A stretch of 64,000 nucleotides of DNA from Pecten maximus (taxonomy: Eukaryota): contig NC_047020.1 in NCBI RefSeq assembly GCF_902652985.1, forward strand, positions 8,928,001 to 8,992,000, written 5' to 3'. Below the pieces are notes generated by a model. It did no database searches, was not told where the DNA came from, and was given only the letters and a program-made list of their open reading frames with translations. This document shows, one piece after another, positions 39,925-53,123 of the stretch. The translations under genes were made by a program, and so were the position numbers. How positions within the stretch are numbered: the first letter of the stretch is position 1; each line of letters starts with the position of its first letter.

Positions 39925-40597
39925 GTAAGTAACTAATGTTATAATTCCATGTGTTGTACTGTTTTTAGTGACACTGTTTTTTCAAAACAAAATAATCCTT
40001 ATTATCCACTGGGTACTTAATGTATGTTTATTAGTGAATCAGTTGTTTCATTTTGCAAATGGGCGAGGATCACATGACAGATAATTTTGCATTGTCAACT
40101 TCACATTTCTGTGTCTGTACCACGCAGTAAGCTTATCCACGTATAGACGATGTTTACTGGAAATAACATAACGATTGTTCCAATTAAATTCGAACATATA
40201 TTTTACAATTGTGAATGAATTACTCAGCTCGATGTTTTGTATTCTTCATGAAATTCTTCATTAAAAACCTAAAAATTGGGGTTTTCCATTTTAATTAGTT
40301 TTGAATTCAAATTACACTGTAAGACTTAGCAAAAAGATATATCTACTTATCACTGTATTAGATATAAAGTCAAGAAGTGCACTCTTTCATAAATGATGCA
40401 TTCGTTGAGTGTTATTCACTTTTCCAAATATGCGAAATAGTAAACACTGTAATAACACAACTGTACATGTTGAACTGTTATTCTTTACCAATTATCTTTA
40501 AGGTCTGGAGTACCCCATAGTAACAATGATGTGCTTTAGCTAGTGACACTGACCAGTTTGTGGTAGGGTGCAAATGTATCACATAGCATCATAGATA

Positions 40598-43500
40598 ATG
40601 GCTGACAAGATAGCTGGTGTTGAGGCTGCAGCGAAAAAGGTGTTGACCCGTGCTGTAGAACTTGATGCCAGTCGAAGGTTTGATGAATCTGTCGTCTGTT
40701 ATCAGGAAGGAATCCATCTTTTGATGGAGGTTCTCAAAGGTTTGTCATCCCCTTAAACTGCATGAAATTATTTTTTAACTTATTACCAATTCAATGATAA
40801 TGTTTACAAGCCCAAAAATAAAATGATTCATTGTTAAAAGAATAACTACATGTATTGTATGGATTCAGTGAACTTTGTTTAATTGAGTCACTTCTTTCAA
40901 ACAGTTCAAATTGATATCAGTAATAGTTTGTCAAAACACACACCAATCAAACCAATATTCTAACTTGCTGGAAAAAAAGTATTGCACTGATGCAGAAACT
41001 GTACCAGTGTATGGTCTAAAACATTGTGAAATAGGTGTAAGTACATAATAAATCAATGTATCTTTAAAATGAAACCAGGAGGGAAATGAGTAAGGTTTTC
41101 ATAATATTTGAAATATCTTCTTTTTGGTTAAATGTTTTGAAAATAATTCAACCATTACAAAACTTCTACCTGCACGCAGGTACCAGTGAGCAGACAAAGA
41201 AGAATGCAGTAAGGAAGAAGGTAGAGGAGTACATGGGCCGAGCTGAACAAATAAAAGTTCATGTTCATGAGGTCAAAGAAGGTACTTTTTATACAGAGCT
41301 TATTATGTATAGATGTAAGCTTTGCCACTTTATCTATTAAATGTATCTCATAATATCAAATGGCAAAACTTGTTGGATAACAATATTTTGAAAATATTAA
41401 GAGGTGTTTGCATTTTCCAGGTGTTAAAAGGACAGATAAATCTCTAAAACACCAATCAGAATCACTTGGATTCATTGTATAATGTAGAGTCAGGTTGATC
41501 TGTGAATCGGGTATAAAGTTTAATCCACTTCATTGATTCTTATGTTGTCATGACAGGATGAATTGCTTCATATACTGCTTCAAAAAGAATAGTACAGTGA
41601 AACCTCACTTAATGACCACCCCGCTATGATGGGCATGCTTTTCAGCCCCATTTCCCCCCCTATGTCTTGCTATTTGTCGTTTCTGTGTTTTTATTTTTAT
41701 TGACATTAATTTTAAGTCATATGTTAAAAGGAATGGTCATTTAAGGATATATAAGATCCTCTTTTGTCTTTACTATAGAGCATTAATATTGTTATAGGAT
41801 CCTATTTTGTCATAACATTATAATAGGGCATTGTTATAGGATTGTATTGTGTCTTTACTCTAGAGCTTTGTTATAGGATCCTATATGTCTTAAATTTACT
41901 CTAGAGCATCACTATAATTTGTCATAACATTATTCTAGAGCATTATTTTTAGTATTCTATATTCATACATGTTGCAAGTATCAAGGTACATGTATTTAAT
42001 ATCTCGATTCTTGTTTGAATGTAAAGTTTCTGCTACAGAGTATTTGTCAATTTATACAAAAAATGCTATCACTGTACTAGAATGTTTCGACATTTGCATC
42101 TACACCATACTTGAAGGATACAAATATCAAGGACTTGGGTATACACATATCTCATTAAAGGTTTCTCATGCTCATCCACAGACATCGTTACTGGGTATTA
42201 TTATTTTGGTTATTGTTCTGAAAAGATCATTGATTATTGTACCAAGTGTCAAGTTGTTTTATTTTTGTGTTTTAGATCATTCACAGAATGTCAACATCAT
42301 GTTTATTTACTGTAAATCTCATTATTGCAATGGCCTTTTGTCCATTATCATGTGTTAACATTTCCTTGTGAACAGGATAACTTGAGTAAATGTGAATAGA
42401 TTTTCGTGAAGCTTGCTATGCAGACTTACCGGTATATCGATCAATAAGTTCTCAGATAAGTTTGACAATCGGGCTGACTTATATGTAACTTAAAGAGTTA
42501 TAGCCCTTTGTAGTTTAATTACCATTGCACCTTGTTACATTTTGGTAAATATGAATGGATTTTGATGAAATTTGGTATATTGTATTACAGTGTAAGCTTT
42601 ACTGTATATCAGTTAGATCTTGAACAGTTTCTTTATATGGACCAATCTGACCATAATATGGCATTTTGCAGTTTAGGTCTTGGGTCATGATATTGGGTGA
42701 AAGTTACATGACCATTTCAGGTCACAAGGGTCAAACATGTTAAATCTATGTTTAATGTCAAAAATCATTTATCAATATATATTTCAGAACTGGCCTCTTG
42801 TTTTATCAAGGTATCTAAATGTGTTAAAACAATTCTTTAATAAAAACAAGAAGGAATCTGTATGTATCCCTGTATGTATCTCTCCAGCTGGGAAGTCACA
42901 TGAACAGATCCAGATAGAGGAGTATTCTACTGGACATGGGTTTGAAAGCTTGTTCGGGAAGTACCTGGATGGGTTCCTGACGGAGGTCCAGATAGAAGAC
43001 CCTTACATCAGAACAACACATCAGGTTAGTTGTACAGCCAGCTTTTCTACATTTGTAGGCATTTGTTTGAAGTAAACAAAGTCTCAAGTGACCTATTCTA
43101 ATCGCCTTTTGTCCATCGTCGTGCGTCCGTAAACAATTTACATTTTTGACTTCTTCTCCAAAACCCCTAGACCAAATTCAATAAATTTAATAAAGTGAAT
43201 AACAAGCTTATGAGGATCTCCCTTATTATCTATTCTAAGGGGCTCCTCTATTTAAGTGACCACTCCATATCATTCCACAGTATTTTACTCTTTATTATCA
43301 TTTTGTTTTTCAAAAAAAAAATTATATTCATTTATATTCTGTTGGGCATCTGTAGATTAGCGTATATCATACAGGGAATCCTGGGTAAAAAGTTAATTTA
43401 ATGTGCAGGTTTTGACCTATGATTAGAAAGGTTTATACTCATATCAGACATGTAGGTTTATTGCTGTTAAATTTACTTATATTGGTACTTTCAACGATCC

Positions 43501-46026
43501 AAGAATAAATTGACAGATTAGAAAAGATGCTATCCATGTATATTTCAGGTCTAAATTAACACATACAAACTGTTTGATGATGTCTGTTGTAGATCTACAA
43601 TTTCCTGCGTTTCTGTGAGATGTTGGTAAAGAGTGGGTCTCCTGTTAATACAATTCGCCTCTTCACTGGCAGGGATGAGGTAATTGAGTTGTTGATATAG
43701 TTTTGTTTAAGTTAATTAATTTTTAAGGATTAAATAATCGGTTACCTTATTTGCCCTGACAATTTACCGACATCTGTCTCAAACATTGTGGTTTTAAATT
43801 TTAGCTCACAACCATCATGTGAGTTTACAATGTCCCAGTGTGGCTTCTCATGGTTAGTCACCAATCTGTCTATCAACTCTTCCTTTAAAATTATATTTGT
43901 CAAAAAAAAAAGAGTGAATTTTTGCTGTATGGATTTGATCAACTAGAGATTTAACAATGTATCTGCATTGTTATCGTTAGAATTTGTATATACCGGTATT
44001 AGTTGGTTGAAACACAGTAGCATATCAATTAAGTTAAATAAATCTAAGATTACATTGTTTATGGTTGAAACACAGTAGCATATCAATTAAGTTAAATAAA
44101 TCTAAGAATACATTGTTTAAGGTTGAAACACAGTAGCATATCAATTAAGTTAAATAAATCTAAGATTACATTGTTTATGGTTGAAACACAGTAGCATATC
44201 AATTAAGTTAAATAAATCTAAGATTACATTGTTTAAGGTGTAGGATTTACTAGTTAATAGGTAACTCAAATCGCATGGCAAGACATAACTTTTCAGCATC
44301 ATTGGTCCTTTGGTGCAATTTACTGAATTGGTAGCATCGTAAAGAAGAAAATGTCAAGATTACATGACAGTTGCATTTGCCTATACAAGTAGACACCATG
44401 ATTATCTATATAACTTTAATTTATATTCCATCAAAATCTGAATGAATTTTTTTTATATGATTTCAAAAGAAAAGTGTGTTACCCGGTAATTATTAACTTT
44501 TGTGGATAGATTGATTTAAATCTTAGAAATACTTACATACAGAATGAAGACTCAAGAAAACAGCAACACAACAAGCTGGCACAGATGACGAAGAGTCTAC
44601 AGAATCACAAAATCCAACTGGCGGTGGAATATAACGATGCTCTACATGACAGGGAGATCAGGTGAGTTTATGTTAGGGTGAACACTACAAGACTGGGAGG
44701 TCAGGAGAGTTTATGTTAGGGTGAACACTACAAGACTGGGAGATCAGGTTAGTTTATGTTAGGGTGAACACTACAAGACTGAGATATCAAGTGAGTTTAT
44801 GTTTGGGTGAGCACTACAAGACTGAGATATCAAGTGAGTTTATGTTAGGGTGAACACTCCAAGACTGGGAGGTCAGGTTAGTTTATGTTAGGGTGAACAC
44901 TACAAGACTGGGAGGTCAGGTGAGTTTATGTTAGGGTGAACACTCCAAGACTGGGAGATCAGGTGAGTTTATGTTAGGGTGAACACTCCAAGACTGGGAT
45001 ATCAAGTGAGTTTATGTTAGGGTGAACACTACAAGACTGGGATATCAGGTTAGTTTATGTTAGGGTGAACACTACAAGACTGGGAGGTCAGGTGAGTTTA
45101 TGTTAGGATGAACACTCCAAGACTGGGAGGTCAGGTTAGTTTATGTTAGGGTGAACACTACAAGACTGGGAGGTCAGGTTAGTTTATGTTAGGGTGAACA
45201 CTCCAAGACTGGGATATCAAGTGAGTTTATGTTAGGGTGAACACTCCAAGACTGGGAGGTCAGGTGAGTTTATGTTAGGGTGAACACTACAAGACTGGGA
45301 GGTCAGGTGAGTTTATGTTAGGATGAACACTCCAAGACTGGGAGGTCAGGTTAGTTTATGTTAGGGTGAACACTACAAGACTGGGAGGTCAGGTTAGTTT
45401 ATGTTAGGGTGAACACTCCAAGACTGGGATATCAAGTGAGTTTATGTTAGGGTGAACACTCCAAGACTGGGAGGTCAGGTGAGTTTATGTTAGGGTGAAT
45501 GCTACAAGACTGGGAGATCAGGTGAGTTTATGTTTGAGTGAAATAATGTCTCCCGCACTTATTAGAACAAAGTTTTTACTTAGACATAAAAGCATCTTCA
45601 AAAAATTATTTACATATTCTTAATTTTGAAATGTGGAATGGGAGGAATTACTGTTTGTGTTTAAAGTACTGAATAAAACATATCTGAATGCCAAAATAAT
45701 TTAAAGCAGTGCATCTCTAAGAATTTGCTTGTCCGAACTCCAATATCAGGTACGTCATGAATGTGATATTTGACTGCTTCTAGATAAAAATTCTGTTTGA
45801 CAACACAAATTATAATTCTTTCACACAGATACTATTTGGCAGTTCATTTGCATGTTTCAGGTTCAATAATGGCTGGGTTTTGAAAATTGGACGTGGACTG
45901 GATATATACAAAGCTACGGAATCTAAGTTTACTGTAGGATTTTGTGACTTTGACCTTCGACCTTGCCACAAAACTACTATTGACATTTTCCATACAAATT
46001 ATTTGCACAAGACAGAAAATGGGTAG
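40598..46026 (+). CDS. MITD1: MIT domain-containing protein 1 (ESCRT-III-binding MIT domain plus PLD-like C-terminal domain), 6 coding exons, 250 aa
   Basis: Exons 40598-40739, 41180-41281, 42888-43024, 43593-43679, 44543-44661 and 45861-46026 (753 nt, phases consistent). They translate to [47 protein letters not shown]...[23 protein letters not shown]...[24 protein letters not shown]...[19 protein letters not shown], which are hallmark MITD1 motifs. Confidence 0.96.
43075..43215 (+). mobile_element. Truncated HINE-like fragment in a MITD1 intron
   Basis: gtgacctattctaatcgccttttgtccatcgtcgtgcgtccgtaaacaattt...gacttcttct resembles the 5' part of 53124-55166. Confidence 0.5.
44004..44239. repeat. 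58-bp tandem repeat x4
   Basis: Unit ggttgaaacacagtagcatatcaattaagttaaataaatctaagattacattgtttat. Confidence 0.93.
44652..45535. repeat. 43-bp minisatellite (about 20 copies) containing the MITD1 exon-5 end plus GTGAGT donor
   Basis: Unit gggagatcag|gtgagtttatgttagggtgaacactacaagact; the first copy is the real exon/intron junction at 44661/44662. Confidence 0.97.
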
Positions 46027-46330
46027 TTACTTGTGATGTCACCAGAAGCTGTGATTTGTGATGTCACCAGGAACTTGTCATAATTGTTTTTTGGTCGTAG
46101 CTGATTAAAAAAAAAAAGGCTGACATGGTAATCATGGTGTTAAATTGTGATGGACATTGGAACAGTTGTCAGATGTTCTTTAGTCCATATGATGTCATCA
46201 CATTTAGTGTAATACATGTGATGTCATCATATCTTGTGTTAGTGATACATATGATGTCATCATAGCTTGTGTAGTAGTAAGTACATGTGATGCCATCATA
46301 TCTCGTGCAATACAGTGATGTTTTCAGTTA

Positions 46331-47132
46331 CAGGGTGAGAAAAATAGTTTTTAAAGCACTCCTCCAAGGGATGGGACGAGTGCCTCTTGAGAACCACTCG
46401 TCCCAGAACTAGAATCATTCGTCCCTCTGACTTCTAATTTTCAAAAAAACACACAAAACCTGTGTAAATATGTTTTCAAAAAATTGTTTTGATTATTAAT
46501 TTGAACTGTAGTTTTGTGAACATTTCATAAAAAAAAAACGAGTCGGTATATCGTTCGCTTCATCATGGCCTAATAGGAACTAACAAGTCGGTTCTAATCA
46601 TTAAAACCTTTTTTCGGACTTTGTTTGAAATAAAGTTTAATCATGTATTCCCCTGTGATACTTTATATCAGGTATTAGAATACACTAAAACAAGATATAA
46701 AAGTGTTCAGAAGCGTGACTCGCTTGTGTTCAAGTTAAGTATTGTCATTCTGAATGCTGTCAAAAATTGTCATAATTGATATGATACCGGGTTCGGATTT
46801 ATTTCTGTTATTTACTTGTATTAGTCTCGCCCTTCTTGATCATATAAACACATCGTTATCACGAGTACATAGACGCTTCTGCAGATCATTCGCGGAGAGA
46901 GGGCTCACTGCTTGATGGAACTAACTTTAAGTATATCTTAATTTGTTTAGAAAATTCTATAGAATTCGTGAAATAAATGCCAAAGACAATATCTATAAAC
47001 ATGATTTTATATATTTATTTATTTTTTTAAAATTTACTCGTCACCAGGGATGAGTGCACGACAACATTCACTCGTCCCGCGCCAAATTTAACTCGTCCAG
47101 GACGAGTTAACGAGTGCTTTTTTTGCACCCTG
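46331..47132. mobile_element. 802-bp non-autonomous TIR element with 5-bp TSD, about 300 bp after the MITD1 stop
   Basis: Ends cagggtgagaaaaa / ttttttgcaccctg, TSD agtta at 46326-46330 and 47133-47137, clustered subterminal ggacgagt/actcgtcc motifs at both ends, and a CpG-richer interior. Confidence 0.85.
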
Positions 47133-47174
47133 AGTTACAAGTACTGCTGAGTAATTATAGAATGCGATGCTCAC

Positions 47175-47490
47175 ATGATGTGACATGATGTAGCGTTAAT
47201 CCTGTAACAAGATGTAGCGTTCGTCAACCTGTTATAATTATCTGATGACGCCTTCATCCTGGGACATGATGTAGCGTTTGTCCTGTCACATGATGTACGT
47301 CATCCTGTCACATGATGTAGCATTCGTCAACCAGTTACCTGATGACGCCTTCATCCTGGGACATGATGTAGCGTTTGTCCTGTCACATGATGTACGTCAT
47401 CCTGTCACATGATGTAGCATTCGTTAACCAGTTACCTGATGACGCCTTCATCCTGGGACATGATGTTGCGTTCGTCAACCTGTGACATGA
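47175..47490. repeat. 97-bp direct repeat (about 2.5 copies) built from catgatgt sub-units
   Basis: ctgatgacgccttcatcctgggacatgatgt at about 47242, 47339 and 47436. Confidence 0.85.
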
Positions 47491-48166
47491 TGAAGGTTTT
47501 GCGTTAAGCTCTTGCATATTTGTACATTTCTGGCAAACTATAAAAGCTAGAGCAACCAAACTTAGGTTGTATAGCTGAATGCATTGCACTCTGTACCAGC
47601 ATTTCTACAAGCTTTGTAATTGTTGGGTAAAAACCTCAAAGTTCTAGACATAGAGGAAAATCAATGAATTTCATTAGTCTCTTAAAATATATCTACGAGA
47701 ATCCATGTAAAATTCCTATGATATTAACAATTGTAATTCTTGTGTTATCAAAACTCTATTGGAAAGTTACTAGTTAATCTAAAAATATTAAAATGTAGTA
47801 CATTGTATTTTATTCGTATTATTTAGTTTTATGGTGGCCTTATTCACAAAACAGGTCTATTTTGTATTAATTAAAGAGTGGAAGTGAGACTACAGAGCAA
47901 ATTTAAAGGTTACTATCATTGTCAGCATCGCTGTCCATATCAATGTTCAGTAGTTGTGTTTTTACCTGTTTCTCAGAAAGTACATTGTACAATGTTGTAT
48001 TTGTTAGGTCATCTGACCTGAAGGGTGCTCCTTAGCCCCAAAGCAGATTACTACCAAATTTGATGTGAAACATCATTGGGGAGGGCGATAATATTTTATA
48101 TAAATGACTGGTGGGACCCAATGGGCCCCGAGAGGCTGGGCCCCAAAAGGGGAACTTTGCTGAATC

Positions 48167-50503
48167 GCTACCTGATAGACATAAGGACTGAGGGGGAGTA
48201 GCTACCTGATAGACATTAGGATTGAGGGGAGTAACTACCTGATAGACATTAGGACTGAGGGGGAGTAGCTACCTGATAGACATTAGGACTGAGGGGGAGT
48301 AACTACCTGATAGACATTAGGACTGAGGGGAGTAGCTACCTGATAAACATTAGGACTGAGCGGAGAAGCTGCCTGATAGACATTAGGATTGAGGGGGAGT
48401 AGCTACCTGATAGACATTAGGACTGAGGGGGAGTAACTACCTGATAGACATTAGGACTGAGGGGAATAGCTACCTGATAGACATTAGGACTGAGGGGAGT
48501 AACTACCTGATAGACATTAGGACTGAGGGGGAGTAGCTACCTGATAGACATTAGGACTGAGGGGAGTAGTTACCTGATAGACATTAGGATTGAGGGGGAG
48601 TAGCTACCTGATAGACTTTAGGACTAAGGGGAGTAGCTACCTGATAGACATTAGGACTAAGGGGAGTAGCTACCTGATAGACATTAGGATTGAGGGTGAG
48701 TAACTACCTGATAGACATTAGGACTGAGGGTGAGTAACTACCTGATAGACATTAGGATTGAGGGTGAGTAACTACCTGATAGACATTAGGACTGAGGGGG
48801 AGTAGCTACCTGGTCGACATTAGGACTGAGGGTGAGTAACTACCTGATAGACATTAGGACTGAGGGGAGTAGTTACCTGATAGACATTAGGATTGAGGGG
48901 GAGTAGCTACCTGATAGACTTTAGGACTAAGAGGAGTAGCTACCTGATAGACATTAGGACTAAGGGGAGTAGCTACCTGATAGACATTAGGATTGAGGGT
49001 GAGTAACTACCTGATAGACATTAGGACTGAGGGTGAGTAACTACCTGATAGACATTAGGATTGAGGGTGAGTAACTACCTGATAGACATTAGGACTGAGG
49101 GGGAGTAGCTACCTGGTCGACATTAGGACTGAGGGTGAGTAACTACCTGATAAACATTAGGATTGAGGGTGAGTAACTACCTGATAGACATTAGGACTGA
49201 GGGGGAGTAGCTACCTGATAGACATTAGGACTGAGGGGGAGTAACTACCTGATAGACATTAGGACTGAGGGGAGTAGCAACCTGATAGACATTAGGATTG
49301 AGGGGGAGTAGCTACCTGATAGACATTAGGATTGAGGGGGAGTAACTACCTGATAGACATTAGGACTGAGGGGAGTAACTACCTGATAGACATTAGGACT
49401 GAGGGGAGTAGCTACCTGATAGACATTAGGACTGAGGGGGAGTAGCTACCTGATAGACATTAGGACTGAGGGGGAGTAGCTACATGATAGACATTAGGAC
49501 TGAGGGGGAGTAGCTACCTGATAGACATTAGGACTGAGGGGGAGTAACTACCTGATAGACATTAAGACTGAAGGGGAGTAGCTACCTGATAGACATTAGG
49601 ACTGAGGGGGAGTAGCTACATGATAGACATTAGGACTGAGGGGGAGTAACTACCTGATAGACATTAGGACTGAGGGGGAGTAGCTACCTGATAGACATTA
49701 GGACTGAGGGGGAGTAACTACCTGATAGACATTAAGACTGAAGGGGAGTAGCTACCTGATAGACATTAGGACTGAGGGGAGTAGCTACCTGATAGACATT
49801 AGGACTGAGGGGGAGTAGCTACCTGATAGACATTAGGATTGAGGGGAGTAGCTACCTGATAGACATTAGGACTGAGGGGGAGTAACTACCTGATAGACAT
49901 TAGGACTGAGGGGGAGTAGCTACCTGATAGACATTAGGACTGAGGGGGAGTAGCTACCTGATAGACATTAGGACTGAGGGGGAGTAGCTACCTGATAGAC
50001 ATTAGGACTGAGGGGGAGTAACTACCTGATAGACATTAGGACTGAGGGGGAGTAACTACCTGATAGACATTAGGACTGAGGGGAGTAACTACCTGATAGA
50101 CATTAGGACTGAGGGGGAGTAACTACCTGATAGACATTAGGACTGAGGGGGAGTAACTACCTGATAAACATTAGGACTGAGGGGAGTAACTACCTGATAG
50201 ACATTAGGACTGAGGGGAGTAGATACCTGATAGACATTAGGACTGAGGGGGAGTAGCTACCTGATAGACATTAGGACTGAGGGGGAGTAGCTACCTGATA
50301 GACATTAGGACTGAGGGGGAGTAGCTACCTGATAGACATTAGGACTGAGGGGAGTAGCTACCTGATAGACATTAGGACTGAGGGGAGTAGCTACCTGATA
50401 GACATTAGGACTGAGGGGGAGTAGCTACCTGATAGACATTAGGACTGAGGGGTAGTAGCTACCTGATAGACATTAGGACTGAGGGGGAGTAGCTACCTGA
50501 TAG
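48167..50503. repeat. 33-34-bp minisatellite (about 69 copies)
   Basis: Unit ctacctgatagacattaggactgagggggagtag; abuts a decayed HINE-like fragment at about 48004-48165. Confidence 0.97.
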
Positions 50504-51965
50504 AGTGTCATTTAGAGATTTCACATATTGGTTAATATGGAACCACAAAATGATATGATCTCTTGTCCCTGATCCAGTTACATTGTGTCAGTATGAGAAA
50601 TTTTTAATGTGATATTATTAATGTATCCTTCTATCCCTTTTATGTTCATATGGTGGAGCAGATTTAAATTAGTGATATGTGAATTAATTGTCTTGAGTTT
50701 TAAATATGAATTATTGAAAAATGAAAATTTTAAATAGGAAAACATTATATGAACATCTAATAAGTTGATAGAGAAAATCCATACCTTAATGAGATAGTGT
50801 AAAAACGTGTTTGTGTTCAGAAAAGCAACTTAGACCACTTAGAGTAATATAGGTAAACTTCCCAATCAATATAATTTTACAACATACAACATAATTTTAC
50901 AACCACTTTTCTTTGAAGTTTTATGAACTAGTGGAGTAATATCAGGTACTGGTCAGGGGGTATATTTAATCCTTAAAATAAAATCTGTTTTAATTCCTCC
51001 AATGATAAGAACAAATGAAACAATATAGTATTGTGAGACAAACTTGTTCTTTACCTGCTGTACCATAGGTCAAAGTTCAAACCTGGTGGCTAACTTTTCA
51101 TTCATTGATGGAGTGGCTAAGATATCTATATTGGTATATATTATCAGTGTATCTTAATTTCTACATTGAGTCAATTGATTGTTAGTTTTATGTAAATTTT
51201 ACATTTTACATACACATGACAGACTGGTCACCTCTAAAGCCTGACACTGCTCTAGAATAACTGTAAATGAATTGTACATGGAAGGGAAGTAACTCTTCCA
51301 GTCTTCTGTATACACTGTCTCTTGTTTTACTGTGTGGTGACTAGTTTTAGTTATAAAACTATTGTTGTATATGTATTTTAGTTTAATAAATTGATATTTA
51401 AGTTTATACATGATCATGATAAATACTAAATTAGCTCTAACATAATTGCTACTATCAAAAATGAACTTATTCAAACTTAATTCCTTTTTCTTTATAACCA
51501 CATAACTTTATACTAGTATTCCAGTGAAATTTGTTTATTTATGATATTATTTAGCAAATAAATTTAAAAAAAAAGTTTTGTGTTTTTAAGTATTGGATGT
51601 TTCACATGAAATCTGATGTAAAAGATAACTTCATGAATTGATTCCAACTCTGCATTATCTTGTGTGTTTGTAAAACTGTTATTTCACATTAACATTTCCT
51701 GTCCTCTGGACAAATTAAATTGTTCAATTAGACTTTAATATCTGTTTTAACAAAACTTTTTGAACTCATTTCAAAAGAGTAGCTGTTAATCTTAAGTTGC
51801 AATTCATTCAGAGTTGAACATTATAAGAGACTTACAGTGAAAACCTGTTATAGGCTTTCTATGTGACTGAAATGTTTCTAAAATACAATATTAGATTTCC
51901 GAATGCATATTGTACCATTCTCAGTAAGTACCTAGTAATAATTTTTTTCTCACAACATCCTCATT

Positions 51966-52560
51966 ACACTAACACTCCCTCCCCTTGCCACACATCTGAC
52001 TTATATCCTTCCCTGCCACACACCTGACTTATATCCTTCCCTGCCACACATCTGACAAATATCCTTCCCTGCCACACACCTGACTTATATCCTTCCCTGC
52101 CACACATCTGACAAATATCCTTCCCTACCACACATCTGACAAATATCCTTCCCTGCCACACACCTGACTTATATCCTTCCCTGCCACACATCTGACAAAT
52201 ATCCTTCCCTACCACACATCTGACAAATATCCTTCCCTGCCACACATCTGACAAATATCCTTCCCTACCACACACCTGACAAATATCCTTCCCTGCCACA
52301 CATCTGACAAATATCCTTCCCTGCCACACACCTGACAAATATCCTTCCCTGCCACACACCTGACTTATATCCTTCCCTGCCACACACCTGACAAATATCC
52401 CTCCCCTGACACACACCTGGCTAACACCCCTCCCCTGACACACACACACGACTAACACCCCTCCTTGTACCACACACCTGGCTAACACCCCTCTCCTGAC
52501 ACACACACGACTAACACCCCTCCTTGTACCACACACCTGGCTAACACCCCTCCTTGACAC
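51966..52560. repeat. 28-bp C-rich minisatellite
   Basis: Unit ccttccctgccacacatctgacaaatat, drifting to cccctccttgtaccacacacctggctaaca. Confidence 0.94.
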
Positions 52561-53123
52561 AGTACAGGTGAGGTTGATAACAAGCCTGATTACAGTCAGA
52601 TTGTGTCTTGATTTATATTTTGTTCTGTCGGACCCATCATTACTTATTTATAACTTCCATAGTTTGGTATTTTCCCAGCTTCCACCTTGACACACGCACG
52701 CCAAGATCATCTACTTAACCCTATTGATCCCGAGGAATCGACACATGTCTGTCAAAGGCTTCAATAGAATTACCTGTATTTGTGGTACTCATTAGTTTAA
52801 TGATTATCCTTTATATTCACTGCTTTGTACTGTATACCAAGTGTTAACAGAGACTCTGAAATCAAAGACTCTCTTTTGGACACTAATATGTAGAAGTTTC
52901 TTTGTTTCATATGGTTACCTTAGTTATGAATTAAACAATTCCAGGTTAATCCTTCTATCTTATTTTACTGTGAGTTATAAAACCTACCAATTATCTAGGC
53001 ATCACTGTAAAAGCAGAAGATGCATGGGAGTTCACATATGACTGAAAAAATTAGCAAAAAAATATACCTTTGATGTAGCTGGTAGAGAAAATTGGCCTCT
53101 GATAGAGATTATTGTCTCCCTTG

